Positions 1 through 11,300 of a stretch of DNA of 64,000 nt are shown piece after piece. Position numbers and translations under genes: made by a program. Every line of letters begins with the position of its first letter. Position 1 is the first letter of the stretch. The notes beneath the pieces are model-generated. The model did not search any database and was not told where the DNA came from. It saw only the letters and a program-made list of their open reading frames with translations. The stretch comes from Candidatus Omnitrophota bacterium (GTDB lineage: Bacteria; Omnitrophota; Gorgyraeia; Gygaellales; Profunditerraquicolaceae): the NCBI GenBank assembly GCA_018825985.1, contig JAHKAP010000024.1:3095-67094 (forward strand), written 5' to 3'.

Positions 1-575
1 TTTACGGAGTTTTAGGGGGATTTCTTTTGGGTGTCGGAAGAATGCCTGTCCCCTGGCAGGCGTTATTATTATCAATTGTTATTTATGTAGCATTGCCTCT
101 TGTAGCAGGATATTTTACACGGAAGTGGGTTGTGTCATATAAAGGTATTGAGTGGTTTAATGAGAAGTTCCTTCATGTATTGAACCCTGTTTCAATTATC
201 GCTCTTTTATTTACCCTTGTGCTTTTATTCTCATTCAAGGGTAGGATTATCCTTGCTCAGCCATTAACGATTCTATGGATTGCAATTCCACTTTTTATCC
301 AAACTTGTTTTATTTTTACAATCACATACTGGATGGCAAAGAAAATGAAATTAAGATATGAGGATGCTGCTCCTTCGGCAATGGTTGGTGCAAGTAATCA
401 CTTTGAAGTTGCTATTGCCACAGCGACTATGCTTTTCGGGATTTCATCGGGAGCTGCTCTGGCGACAGTTGTGGGCGTTTTGATTGAGGTGCCGGTTATG
501 TTGATGTTAGTGAAATTCTGCTTACGGACACAGAATTGGTTTAGGTGCGAAAACCGATCGGTGCAGAAAATATAA
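1..575 (+). CDS. acr3: ACR3 family arsenite efflux transporter (5' end lies outside the window)
   Basis: Hydrophobic protein with [10 protein letters not shown] and [10 protein letters not shown] motifs typical of the Acr3 C-terminal half; the frame is open from the window edge. Confidence 0.9.
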   Translation, partial: YGVLGGFLLGVGRMPVPWQALLLSIVIYVALPLVAGYFTRKWVVSYKGIEWFNEKFLHVLNPVSIIALLFTLVLLFSFKGRIILAQPLTILWIAIPLFIQTCFIFTITYWMAKKMKLRYEDAAPSAMVGASNHFEVAIATATMLFGISSGAALATVVGVLIEVPVMLMLVKFCLRTQNWFRCENRSVQKI

Positions 576-742
576 GTAGTTTATAAGGTTAAGAAGTGAT
601 AAGGAACCTTATGTCCACCTAAAAGAGGAGGACATTTTACATCTATTCACTCGTCAAATAGTTACGCAATTTCCCGTCAAGAATTACCTGACATTTCGGA
701 CATGCTTAGCGAGGAAATAGCCTCTCTAAAGGCAAAATATTC

Positions 743-771
743 TTGATATATCAAGGTATTCAGTCTATAAT
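743..771 (+). promoter_or_regulatory. Putative sigma70 promoter for the YqaA/DedA gene
   Basis: TTGATA-17 nt-TATAAT. Confidence 0.55.
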
Positions 772-866
772 TGCCCTAGTGAATTCAGAGAGGTTTCCCC
801 TCGGTTCATGCGAGAGGGACCCCATTTTTTTGCTTCGTAAGCATAAACTTTCTAGGAAAGAATCAA

Positions 867-1499
867 ATGCTTTTTATTGCCGCAGCCAGGGCTGTTTTAG
901 GATTCCCTTCAAAGTTATTGCGTAAATTGTACGATTGGACTCTTCATTGGGCTAAAACCCCCCAAGCCCAGGTTGCCCTATTTATCATAGCATTCATCGA
1001 GAGTTCATTTTTCCCCATTCCTCCGGACGTTTTGTTGATTGCGATGGTGATTGTCCAGCGCGCGAAGTGGTTCCACTATGCGCTTATTTCTACCATTGGA
1101 TCAGTTCTAGGGGCGCTGTTCGGTTATTTTATAGGCTGGAGCTTGTTTGAAACTTTTGGTAAAATGATCCTATCATTCTATCATTTAGAAAAACAATTTG
1201 AAATTGTCGGCAGGATGTATGCAGATAACGCGCTTATAGCTGTTTTTTCAGCCGCTTTTACACCGATACCATATAAAGTTTTTACGATTGCTGCCGGCCT
1301 TTTTAAAATTTCTATTCCTACCTTGATTGTTGCGTCGATTCTTGGTAGGGCAGGAAGGTTTTTTTTAGTATCAGGGTTATTGCGTCTTTTTGGCGATAAA
1401 ATCAGCAGTCTTATAGAGAAGTATTTTGATCTGATATCAATCCTTTTTGTTGCTGGGATCATTGGCGGTTATGTAACCATTAAATACCTGGCGCATTAA
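867..1499 (+). CDS. YqaA/DedA (VTT domain) membrane protein
   Basis: ESSFFPIPPD and FTPIPYKVF motifs; several TM helices. Confidence 0.88.
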   Translation: MLFIAAARAVLGFPSKLLRKLYDWTLHWAKTPQAQVALFIIAFIESSFFPIPPDVLLIAMVIVQRAKWFHYALISTIGSVLGALFGYFIGWSLFETFGKMILSFYHLEKQFEIVGRMYADNALIAVFSAAFTPIPYKVFTIAAGLFKISIPTLIVASILGRAGRFFLVSGLLRLFGDKISSLIEKYFDLISILFVAGIIGGYVTIKYLAH

Positions 1500-1574
1500 A
1501 ATAATTTCCATATTCAATTATGTTTATGCGGCTTTTAAATTGGACTGGTAATAAGCGGGGCACCTGGGCCTGCA

Positions 1575-2702
1575 ATGAAGAATATGAAAATAATAATCCA
1601 ATTCGAGAAAAAACCGATCTTATTCCAGGACCCGCATTTCATTATCCGCTGTAATCAACCCGCGCAACTTGACAGCTGCTTTACGGATATGGAGGCCGCG
1701 CTTAAAAAAAACTATTACCTGGCAGGTTTTTTATCTTACGAGGCAGGCTATTGTTTTGAAGAAAAACTAAGAGAGAATAAAAACTACGAATTTCCGCTTA
1801 TTTATCTGGGTGCTTACGCTAAGCCGTCTATTTTTAAGCCTTATTTTGATAAATCCCGTCGAAAAGAAAGAATCAGTAACCCCTGCCTTAATATCTCTCG
1901 GGAAAAATATTTTTCCAATATTCATGCTATACGCAGCAGCATAGCAAAAGGCGATGTTTATCAGATAACTTACTGCCTAAAATTATTATTTGAGTTCTCC
2001 GGAGATACTTTCCATCTCTACAATACTCTTTTAAATGAACAACCAGTGCCTTATCCAGCCTACTTAGAAACAAATGAATTCAAGATACTATCCCTTTCTC
2101 CCGAAATGTTTATCAAAAAAACCGGCAGGCGCGTCATTACCAAACCGATGAAAGGAACATGGCAGCGCGGGATAAACCCGGCAAGCGATTTTTGCCGTAG
2201 GATACGCTTCAAGTTTGACAGGAAAAACCGGGCCGAAAATCTGATGATCGCCGACCTTTTAAGAAATGACCTGGGTAGAATAGGAACTGACATACGGGCT
2301 CCCAAACTTTTTGATGTAACCGGATATAAAACTCTTTTTCAGATGACTTCGACTGTTACAGGTAAAATGGATAATAATATTTCTTTGTATGGGCTTTTTA
2401 AGTCCATCTTTCCATCTGGCTCAGTAACAGGAACGCCAAAGATCCGAGCCATGGAGATCATTAAAGAAATCGAGCCTGAAGAACGCAGGATATATACCGG
2501 CGCGATCGGATATATCACTCCTGAAAAAGACCTCTTCTTTAATGTGCCGATCCGGACTCTTTTAATAAAAGATGGGCGCGGAGAAATGGGTATTGGCGGC
2601 GGGATTGTCTGGGATTCTACGCCACTTGGCGAATGGAACGAAGGCCTGCTTAAAGCCAGCTTCCTTACAAAACAAAATCGGGGACAGGTCCCTTTATTCT
2701 AA
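1575..2702 (+). CDS. pabB: Aminodeoxychorismate synthase component I (chorismate-binding enzyme)
   Basis: SPEMF, PMKGT, KNRAENLMIADLLRNDLG, FPSGSVTG, GGGIVWDS motifs. Confidence 0.85.
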   Translation: MKNMKIIIQFEKKPILFQDPHFIIRCNQPAQLDSCFTDMEAALKKNYYLAGFLSYEAGYCFEEKLRENKNYEFPLIYLGAYAKPSIFKPYFDKSRRKERISNPCLNISREKYFSNIHAIRSSIAKGDVYQITYCLKLLFEFSGDTFHLYNTLLNEQPVPYPAYLETNEFKILSLSPEMFIKKTGRRVITKPMKGTWQRGINPASDFCRRIRFKFDRKNRAENLMIADLLRNDLGRIGTDIRAPKLFDVTGYKTLFQMTSTVTGKMDNNISLYGLFKSIFPSGSVTGTPKIRAMEIIKEIEPEERRIYTGAIGYITPEKDLFFNVPIRTLLIKDGRGEMGIGGGIVWDSTPLGEWNEGLLKASFLTKQNRGQVPLF

Positions 2703-2834
2703 CTCGTTGTTGGATATAATAGTTAAATTAATGCGCTTTGCACTTTTTACTATTTATCCTATTCTTTAAAAATGCAAACTGATTTTCCAAAACATATTGT
2801 ATTATATGGTATTACAATAAGGGGGCCTGTCCCT
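2680..2834. repeat. Inverted pair of GGGGACAGGTCCC-type REP-like palindromes
   Basis: ggggacaggtccc at 2680-2692 and gggggcctgtccct at 2821-2834. Confidence 0.6.
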
Positions 2835-2917
2835 CTATGTGCCCCCCCTATGTTGTCAAGTTAACCTTGACCCATTGTCCCGAACAAGTCGGAAACAGTT
2901 TCCCTTGCTAATTGTTG

Positions 2918-2945
2918 TTGCTTAATTCCTATAATGTGTTATAAT
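2918..2945 (+). promoter_or_regulatory. Putative sigma70 promoter upstream of the microprotein/helicase operon
   Basis: TTGCTT-16 nt-TATAAT with extended -10 TG; a second TATAAT at 2930-2935. Confidence 0.5.
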
Positions 2946-2976
2946 GTAAAAGATTATTAAAAGATTAGAAAATCTT

Positions 2977-3016
2977 AAACCGTAAAGGAAGACTACTAAC
3001 TTTTACGGTTTTTTTA
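2977..3016 (+). terminator. Intrinsic terminator-like hairpin in the 5' leader
   Basis: aaaccgtaaag...cttttacggttt followed by a T-run. Confidence 0.6.
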
Positions 3017-3027
3017 TTGGAGGTAAA

Positions 3028-3189
3028 ATGGGAATCAAAGTTAAAACTTCTTATAAAGGCAGGAGATGTAAGTTCCCTCACTGCAAGCATATCTTAAGTA
3101 TCTACAACCACGAACTTTTTTGCCATATTCACTTAGGCGAGGTTAACTGCAAACAATATCTAAAAAAGGCCAAGAATAATGCCACATAG
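3028..3189 (+). CDS. 53-aa putative zinc-finger microprotein (absent from the ORF track)
   Basis: GGAGG SD, ATG 3028, TAG 3187-3189; MGIKVKTSYKGRRCKFPHCKHILSIYNHELFCHIHLGEVNCKQYLKKAKNNAT with C-x4-C-x12-C-x2-H; overlaps the helicase start by 11 nt. Confidence 0.7.
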   Translation: MGIKVKTSYKGRRCKFPHCKHILSIYNHELFCHIHLGEVNCKQYLKKAKNNAT

Positions 3190-4426
3190 ATCAATCAACC
3201 CGGATAATCTTGCTCAAGCGCCTAAACAGCCTGTACCGAGCTTTTACGGCATGGGCACAGCGCCTAAGATCCTGGAGATTCTTGAGCGGATTAAATTTAA
3301 AGTACCCACCCCGATCCAGTTAAAAGCCATTCCGATTGCGATCCAGGCTAAAGATATTATTGGGATCGCCCAGACCGGGACCGGGAAAACACACTCTTTC
3401 GCAATTCCTATGGTCCAATTATTAGCCCAGAAAAGCGGCACCGGATTAATTCTGGCTCCAACCCGAGAATTAGCCTTGCAGATCGAACAGGCGTTTCAGG
3501 GCCTGGCCCATCCATTCGGAATGAAAACCGCCTGCCTTATCGGAGGCGCTCCAATGGAAGGACAAACCCAGGCTTTGCATAAAAACCCCAGAATAATAAT
3601 CGCCACTCCCGGAAGGCTGCTTGACCATATGAGCAGGTGGAACGTGATCCCTGATGAAGTAGTAATGCTGGTGCTGGATGAGGCTGACCGGATGCTGGAT
3701 ATGGGATTTGCTCCCGACGTTGAAAAAATCCTTAAATTTATGCCCAAAGATAGACAAACTATGCTTTTTTCCGCCACCATTCCGAAAGAAATCATGGAAA
3801 TGGCTGCTAAACATATGAAACTTCCTATATGTGTGGAGATCGCTCCTTCAGGAACTATGGCCAAAGATATCACCCAGGAATTATTCATCGTAAAAAAAGA
3901 CGCTAAATTAAAAACTCTGGGCAAGCTGCTTACCCAATATCACGGCCCGGTACTTTTATTTTCTAGAACCAAATATAATGCGAAAAAAATAACCCGTTCG
4001 ATCAAAGACATGGGCTATAGCGCGGCTGAGATCCATTCTAACCGCACATTGATCCAGCGCAGAGAAGCCCTGGAAGGATTTAAACGCGGTAAATATAAAG
4101 TGCTGGTAGCTACGGATATCGCTTCCCGAGGTATTGACGTTACAGGGATCGAGTTGGTTATCAACTATGACCTTCCTGAAGACGCCCAGAATTATGTTCA
4201 TCGTATCGGCCGCACCGGAAGAGCCGGGAACAAAGGCCATGCTATCTCTTTTGCTACTCCTGACCAGAGCCGGGATGTCCGGGATATTGAAAAACTGATC
4301 AAAACTACCCTCCCCCTGTCAAAACGCCCCGAGATATCACACGAGAAATATTCTGATTTTTCCCAACAACCCGCAAATAAAAAATCCAGGCCTTTTTTCA
4401 GGTCCAGGCGTCCGCGCCAACATTAA
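3179..4426 (+). CDS. DEAD-box ATP-dependent RNA helicase (RhlE/DeaD-like)
   Basis: Q motif, AQTGTGKT, PTRELA, DEAD, SAT, HRIGRTGR. Confidence 0.95.
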   Translation: MPHRSINPDNLAQAPKQPVPSFYGMGTAPKILEILERIKFKVPTPIQLKAIPIAIQAKDIIGIAQTGTGKTHSFAIPMVQLLAQKSGTGLILAPTRELALQIEQAFQGLAHPFGMKTACLIGGAPMEGQTQALHKNPRIIIATPGRLLDHMSRWNVIPDEVVMLVLDEADRMLDMGFAPDVEKILKFMPKDRQTMLFSATIPKEIMEMAAKHMKLPICVEIAPSGTMAKDITQELFIVKKDAKLKTLGKLLTQYHGPVLLFSRTKYNAKKITRSIKDMGYSAAEIHSNRTLIQRREALEGFKRGKYKVLVATDIASRGIDVTGIELVINYDLPEDAQNYVHRIGRTGRAGNKGHAISFATPDQSRDVRDIEKLIKTTLPLSKRPEISHEKYSDFSQQPANKKSRPFFRSRRPRQH

Positions 4427-4544
4427 ACCGACCATCCGAACCTTTGCCCACTTCGTCGCCGGGATTAGGGAGATGAATTACGCTTATTTTATTACTTACA
4501 ATGTGGTTAGCGGATTATTGTGGGTGGCGATATCGGGACACCGC

Positions 4545-5543
4545 CTATATTTTTAATCCGCAGCCTTCAATACCTTTTTTTTCGTAATATTGCTGATGAT
4601 ACTCTTCAGCCGGACAAAATTCATAAGCCGGCGCGATCTCTGTAACTATCTTATCCTTATAAACCTTTGCCTTATCCAGGTTAGCTTTGGAAACCATTGC
4701 AGAGCGCTCCTGCTCAGGGTTAAGATAAAATATGGCTGAGCGGTATTGCGAACCGATATCCGGCCCCTGCCTGTTCGTAGAAGTTGGATCGTGCATCTTC
4801 CAAAAAACATCCAGTAGTTTTTCATATGAAATCTTAGTAGGGTCAAACCTGATTTTGACTGATTCGGCATGCCCGGTTTTACCTGAACAAACATCCTCAT
4901 AAGCGGGGTCTTTAAAATTACCTCCGCTGTAACCAACCTGGGTAAATATCACTCCTTTAAGTTTACGGAACTGCGCCTCCACACCCCAGAAACAACCCGC
5001 GGCAAATATAGCTTCCTCTAAATTTAAAGGAGCAAAAACAAGGGCCGCGGAATTTAGGCAATAACGTTTGCCGGTTGGCATTGGCCCATCATCAAAAACA
5101 TGCCCTAAATGGGCATCGCAGCGGCTGCAGGTTATCTCTAATCTTTGGATACCAAGGCTATTATCGGGCTTAAGCCGGATATTCAACTCTGATACCGGAT
5201 TCCAAAAACTCGGCCAGCCGGTCCCGGATTCAAACTTAGTTTCTACGTTAAACAAATCAGTGCCGCAGCCAACGCATTTATAGATCCCTTTTTCTTTAGG
5301 TAACTCACATTTCCCCGAAACCGGGTTCTCTGTCCCCTTGAGCCTAGTGACCCGGTATTGCTCAGGAGTAAGTATTTTCTTCCATTCCTGTTCGGTCTTG
5401 TATATTTTTTCCACCTCTTCAATCTGATTACTGGCACTGTTAAAAATTTTAATTTTTTCCGGATTAGCTTTTAAATTATCCATGCCCCCTCCGCTTAAAA
5501 ACAAAAAAATACCGATAAACAAAATCTTCATAAATATTGTCAC
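4545..5543 (-). CDS. msrAB: Bifunctional methionine sulfoxide reductase, MsrB-MsrA order, with N-terminal signal/anchor
   Basis: MsrB: GTGWPSF, HLGHVFDDGP, RYCLNS; MsrA: GCFWG, AEEYHQQY. Confidence 0.93.
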   Translation of the reverse strand: MTIFMKILFIGIFLFLSGGGMDNLKANPEKIKIFNSASNQIEEVEKIYKTEQEWKKILTPEQYRVTRLKGTENPVSGKCELPKEKGIYKCVGCGTDLFNVETKFESGTGWPSFWNPVSELNIRLKPDNSLGIQRLEITCSRCDAHLGHVFDDGPMPTGKRYCLNSAALVFAPLNLEEAIFAAGCFWGVEAQFRKLKGVIFTQVGYSGGNFKDPAYEDVCSGKTGHAESVKIRFDPTKISYEKLLDVFWKMHDPTSTNRQGPDIGSQYRSAIFYLNPEQERSAMVSKANLDKAKVYKDKIVTEIAPAYEFCPAEEYHQQYYEKKGIEGCGLKI

Positions 5544-5552
5544 CCCATCCTC

Positions 5553-8393
5553 CTATCTGCATAAATAAAAAAACTGGCAATATTCGCAATGGCGCGGGTC
5601 AGAATCATCGGCTTTAAAAGGCACTGCCGGGTCCAATAGATCCTTAAATAAACCTTCCATTGCCTTTTGATAGATACCCGTTATCCTCGCTTTATCGGAA
5701 AAATGTTCTTCTTTTTTAAACAACATATGCAGACCAAAGTTGTCCTTAAATTCCCTTAAATTGTACAAACAGGCATTAAGTCTTTTCCCTGGATATAATT
5801 TTTCAATCAAAGAAAGATAAAGCGGCAATTGAAAAGATTTAAGCCTCTCCTGCAGGCTCTTACGGCTAAAACCAGCGGCCTCGATCTTGCCTGCCTCATC
5901 CGGCAGAAGATCGGTTGAGCCGGTTTTATAATCAACTACCAATATGGTGTTGTCGCTTAAGTTATCGATCCGGTCGATCCTGGCTTTGAATTTAAATTCC
6001 TGTCCCAAGAACTCAAATTTGTCTTCCAGGGTTTTTTCCAAAGATAAAACCTGCTTAACTCCTCTCTTAGACTCATTTTCCAGGAAACGCTTTAGCCTGA
6101 ATTCCAGGACCTCTTTGATCAAAAATGAATCAGATCGCATTTTTTTCTGGAATTCCCGCTGAAATTTATCTTCAAAAAGAATAAAAAAATCTTTTTTGAA
6201 TTTATCGTTTAGTACAGGTTTTTTATTGATGAATTTAATAAATGCCTCTTCCAGTAATTCGTGCAGGAAATTACCCACATCCTTGGCTTCGGGCTCCTGG
6301 AGTGAGTCTTCTTTTTCTTCCAGGCCCAATACATAACGATAATAAAACTGCAGAGGGCAATTTAAATAAGTATCCATGCTGGAGGCGGAATAACGCATTT
6401 TTTTTAAAAAATTTATGATCCGGACATCTTTTGCTATCTCGGAGTGTTTAGGCAGGACTCTGACCTGAAAGCTGGCTTTAGGAATTGAGATTACTTCGAG
6501 CCTATTTTCTTTCTTTTGTTTCTCCCAGATAAGCTCTTCAATGAACCGGCTCTTCTCATTTTTATTGCTCTGGCAATAGACCAGGTAAACATTTTTAGCG
6601 GACGAGATCAGGCGTTGAAACTGGTAACGCTGGATCTCCTCTTCCTTTTCCAGGCGGTTCAACCCCAGGCTGATCATTATTTCTCTGGGGATCAATGGCT
6701 CATAGATTTTCAACTTCGGCAGGACTGATTCATTGGCATCCAGAACTATCACATTCTCGAAATTAAGCGAACGGGTCTCAAATAACCCCAGGACCTGCAA
6801 ACCCTTAAGCGGAGAACCGGAAAAAGAGACCATTTCGTTTTCCAGCTTGTTATTGAATATCTTAAATATCTCCTCAGGGGCAAAGGCTTCTTTGCCAAAA
6901 GAGGCATTCTGAAACTCTTCAATAATTTCCTGAACCTTCTGAGCCATTTTCAGGTTTAAAGGATAATTACTTAAAAGGCTTTTCTGGATCAGGATCTTCA
7001 GAAAGTTATTCAGGTTATCGGCAAAACTACCGAGATCTTTCAAACCTTCCCAATTTAGAAATAGTAATTGATGCAGCTGTTTTAACGCTTGTTTAATCTC
7101 ATCCCGGGTAACTTCTATATCCATTTTTTTCATTGTCGCCAAACACAGATCAAACAGCTCCCGGCAGGTTTCTACATCCGAAATCTTGATAAACAGGCTC
7201 CCGGCCAACTCAGTCTTTTCAATACCGGTAAGCGCTTCTTCAACTTTATGGACCATTACCCGTGTAACCGCCGGATTATTCCCTATCAGCATTAAATTTT
7301 TTACCAAAGGATGGGCCAAGGCCAAAAGATAATCCTTGGCGTAATAAGAGCTGTTCTTTTTAGTCTCCTGGGCCTTAAAGATATCGTTAAAAAGCGCATA
7401 CAGGGAGCTTCTTTTTAAAGGATAACCGATCGAAACATTAAAATCCCGGACGCAGGAGGATATCTCAGATAGCAATGGAATAACGCTCTCCGGCTGAGGC
7501 AAAAGGATCACAGTTTTATCCGGATCTTTGATCTTCTTAACGATCTCCCGGACTAAGCCGACCTGGGAATGCTGATTAAAACCGGCGAATATCTGCAGGT
7601 TGTATTCGCTCGGACTTTCCTTTTCCGGATCAATCTTAATTGACAACTCTTGGCTTAAATTATCCAATACGCTGTACTCCCGGGCCGAGCCTTGGAAAAA
7701 AAACAATGCTTTATTCTGCTGGTAAACCGCTTTTAAAATGGCGGACTCAGTTTTATGCAGATAAAAGAATCCGGCGAAAATAATTTCTTCGAATTCAGGG
7801 AATTCGATTTTAGAAATAAGCTGGCTGACAGTCAAATAAACTAAACCCCGGGAATAAATATTATTCTGCCTCAAATGCCCATGAAATGCCTGCCTTAAAT
7901 GAATTATATCTTTTAATAAAGAATTGATGTTCTCCGGAACATCATATCCGATTCCAGCTTTCAGTTCGACATTCTTCAGGGAAACATCCCCTATCCCCTC
8001 CAGATCCAACTGCTCAATAAACGAGAGGATCTCCCTGGACCAGGGGATAAACTGAGAAAAGCCCGGCCAAGATTTTAAAATATCCGGGGATATCTCTTTG
8101 GCCAGTTTATAGATCAGATAGCTGGCGTCCAGGTCGCCGATCCGGGAAAAAGGGGCTTTTTTATTTAAAACAAATTCGATGAATTCATCAATATTGAAAA
8201 AAGAGGGCGGGAAAAAACCTTTCTTTATCCTGCGGGAGAGTTCTTTTTTAAGGAATAGGCTGGGCCTTTTACCTCCGAATACTATAGCCAGCTTACTGAT
8301 ATCCTTGGCCCTGTCGATATAGTTTTTTTCAATGAACCCGGCTAAATTAACGATAAAGTTATCGCTTAAGTTATAAGTAATGACTTTATCCAT
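5553..8393 (-). CDS. addB: AddB-like PD-(D/E)XK nuclease subunit with Fe-S cluster cysteines
   Basis: RIDRID...DYKTG nuclease motif; YLNCP plus C-terminal CEYCQFFYLC; coupled to addA; start placed at MDKVIT. Confidence 0.8.
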   Translation of the reverse strand: MDKVITYNLSDNFIVNLAGFIEKNYIDRAKDISKLAIVFGGKRPSLFLKKELSRRIKKGFFPPSFFNIDEFIEFVLNKKAPFSRIGDLDASYLIYKLAKEISPDILKSWPGFSQFIPWSREILSFIEQLDLEGIGDVSLKNVELKAGIGYDVPENINSLLKDIIHLRQAFHGHLRQNNIYSRGLVYLTVSQLISKIEFPEFEEIIFAGFFYLHKTESAILKAVYQQNKALFFFQGSAREYSVLDNLSQELSIKIDPEKESPSEYNLQIFAGFNQHSQVGLVREIVKKIKDPDKTVILLPQPESVIPLLSEISSCVRDFNVSIGYPLKRSSLYALFNDIFKAQETKKNSSYYAKDYLLALAHPLVKNLMLIGNNPAVTRVMVHKVEEALTGIEKTELAGSLFIKISDVETCRELFDLCLATMKKMDIEVTRDEIKQALKQLHQLLFLNWEGLKDLGSFADNLNNFLKILIQKSLLSNYPLNLKMAQKVQEIIEEFQNASFGKEAFAPEEIFKIFNNKLENEMVSFSGSPLKGLQVLGLFETRSLNFENVIVLDANESVLPKLKIYEPLIPREIMISLGLNRLEKEEEIQRYQFQRLISSAKNVYLVYCQSNKNEKSRFIEELIWEKQKKENRLEVISIPKASFQVRVLPKHSEIAKDVRIINFLKKMRYSASSMDTYLNCPLQFYYRYVLGLEEKEDSLQEPEAKDVGNFLHELLEEAFIKFINKKPVLNDKFKKDFFILFEDKFQREFQKKMRSDSFLIKEVLEFRLKRFLENESKRGVKQVLSLEKTLEDKFEFLGQEFKFKARIDRIDNLSDNTILVVDYKTGSTDLLPDEAGKIEAAGFSRKSLQERLKSFQLPLYLSLIEKLYPGKRLNACLYNLREFKDNFGLHMLFKKEEHFSDKARITGIYQKAMEGLFKDLLDPAVPFKADDSDPRHCEYCQFFYLCR

Positions 8394-11300
8394 TAACTTC
8401 CTCCAGGCTTGGTTCATCCAAATAGATCAAATATCCCTCTACTTTTAACTCGGGATAAATATCTTTAATGATTTTCATATATTCTTTAACCTGGCCTTGA
8501 TAATCCGCGGCTGCGGGCTCCTCCCTGGAACTCTTATAATCAATGATAACCGCCTTATTTTTATTCAGCAGGAGACGGTCGATACGCTTAGTATTTCCGA
8601 AACGATCAACCAGTTCTTTTTCCGGATATACCCGGCATCCGTAAGATTCAAAAAAATCCCGGAATTTTTTATCTTCTAATAACCGCAGGACCGACTCTTT
8701 GTAATAAGCAGAGTCCGATATAAACGGATACTTAAACCCGGCCTTTTCTATCGCCGAATCAACTATTTTTTTATTGTCCTCGCCGGTTAGATCGCCGATA
8801 AAAGATAAGATATGATGCAAGGCTTCTCCAATAAGCGCTTTATCTCTTGAGCGCAGCAAACCAATATCAATGAATTCCTCTTTCATTAGGTCGATCCAGT
8901 CGCGGTATTCGCTAACCGGAATAGGAATAGATGGCCCTAAAGCCTTGGGCGCGGGCACAACCCTGGCTATGCCTTCTGATCTTAGCCCTTTCTCTAAACC
9001 AACATCCGGAAAGAGTAGTATTGCCGGATTAACTTGGGCACGGGATCTCCCGGGGATAAAAACATATAGTTCTTCAATAGCCCGGGTAAAAGCCACATAA
9101 ATATTGTTCAATTCATCAAGCAAGGCCAATTTATATTCTTTGCGATAGGCCATTTCCAAAGTGGGGGAAAAAGAAGCATAACGCCTTTTAAGCCGGATAA
9201 GTTTAAGCAAATCATTGTCCGGATAAACTACGTCATTATCCGCCTGGACATTTATTTCCAGGAACGGAATAATAACTACCGCAAACTCCAATCCTTTAGC
9301 CTTATGAATAGTCAGGATCTTCACCGACTCAACCCCGGAGATATTTACATAAAGGTCCTCTTCCGGTAATCTTTCAAAATACCCCAGGAAACCAGCGATT
9401 CCGGGAACTTCAGCCTCCTGTTTTTTAATCAATTCCAGAAAATGCATAAAAAATCCCTGATATTCCGGAAAACTACCCAGGACTTTGAATTTATCGATTA
9501 TTTTAATCATTAGTTCATATAAAGGCGTAAAACCGGCATTCTTGAAAAATTCATCAAATAGCTCTTCCCAGGCCCCGGGAAATTCCCGGCGAAACTCCCG
9601 GTAAAGATAACCCTTCTCTTCAGTTTTTTTATCCCTTAAGTTAAAAAGAAAATTCTGGATCTTTTCAGCCGGTATTTTTCCGGCTGTGGAAAAAATATCT
9701 CCCAGAATAAACGAGGCAAAAGAAAGATTATCGATCGGTGAGTTTAAAAACTTAAGCAGAGAAACTAACTCCTTGATATAACGGTTTTCCCGGATATTCA
9801 GGGTCTTTTCAGATTCAACCGGTATACCTAAAGCCAGAACCCATTCCGACAAAAGCTTAACCTCTTCATTTTCCCGGGCCAGGATAGCGATATCCTGATA
9901 GTGGAATTCTAAAGTCAAATCTTTAAGCAACCCGCATAATTTTTCCTTAATCCTTTCTTCCCGGTCGATTTTATTTTCAACATCAATCAGCTCAACCTTG
10001 ACATAACCGCCGGATTTCTCTTCCTGGTAAGACTGGCCGGAACCCTTAAATACCGCAATAATATCGTTTTTATCCTGGGGTGATAATTTTAGGCTAGATT
10101 TACCGGACTCTTCTCTTTGGGTTAAAAACCTGGTCAGGTTATCCGCGGAGAAGATATGATTATTAAATTCAACGATAGTCTTAGCGCTGCGGAAATTTTT
10201 AAGCAGGGAGTTTTCAAAAACCTTAAACTGCCCCAGCTCTTTTTTGACCGAATCCATTAGAGTTACCTCGCCTCCCCGGAAACGGTATATCGCCTGTTTT
10301 TTATCGCCCACGTAAAAAAGCGAGCCTCCGGTAGAAAGCGCTTCTTCGATCATCGGATAAAGATTTTTCCATTGGAGGACAGAGGTATCCTGGAATTCAT
10401 CGATCAAAAAATGGCGTAGGCGGGTAGCCAGTCGGTAATAAAGCTCCGGCGGGCTTAAGGCCTTTTCGCTAAACAACATGCCGGCTTCTTTATTCATTGA
10501 CTCCAGGAAAAGGATATCTTCCTTACAAGAAATAACCTTAAGGTCTTCCAGGGCCAGGTTAAAAATAACTATGTAAGAATTAAAAACGTAAAGCGACTCT
10601 ATTTCGCAGAGCTGGCGGATATTAGTAGTTATACCTTCCCAGATCAAAGCAACCTCATCCGGGACTTCTTCGCCCTTTCTTATTGGGAATTCCGGACGCG
10701 CAAAAAATACCGAAAGATCATCTACATCAAAACTCTCAAGGTTTTCTTCCAGAAACGACCTTAGACTATGTGTAAAATTAGCATTGGTCTCTGGAGGCAA
10801 AATATTCTCAAGCTTGTTAAGTAATTTCAGGATATGTTTTTTCTTGATAATCAGATCTTCGGGTCTAATCCGGGAGGCGGAAAACTTGATCCCGTATTTA
10901 TTGCTCTGTGAGAAAAAGCCCTGGATGACGCCTAAGACCTCTTTTTTAGGAAACCATCCCAGGCGGTTATCAATATAAAGATACTGCTTAAGAAAACTAC
11001 GGAAGGCCTCCTTGACCTCTTTACTTGAAACAGAACGATCGATCAATTCATCCAGGCTGTAAGCCAGATAATCCCGGTAATCAGTGCGGACCTTAAAATT
11101 CGAAGAGAGCCCTAATTTAAATGCGCAGCCCGAGAGTATAGCGTTGATAAAACTATCAATGGTCTGGACCTGAAAATAATTATAATTCCGGATCAGATAT
11201 TCCATTGCCAGGAAGGCCTTCTTCCGGGAAAACTCATCGCTGGATACATCCAGGGCTGTTTTTTTTAGAAACTCCAGGATGCGTTCCTTCATCTCCAGCG

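Noticed and set aside
576-742. Possible boundary of an arsenic-resistance island after acr3
   Set aside because: Composition changes and short atgtcc/ggacat inverted motifs are present, but no att site, terminal repeat or recombinase can be supported within the window
4545-5543. Selenocysteine-containing Msr
   Set aside because: Catalytic positions are Cys codons in an uninterrupted frame
5553-8393. Cas4-like nuclease suggesting a CRISPR system
   Set aside because: The Fe-S/PD-(D/E)XK domain ends a ~950-aa protein coupled to an AddA helicase; no cas genes or repeat-spacer array in the window
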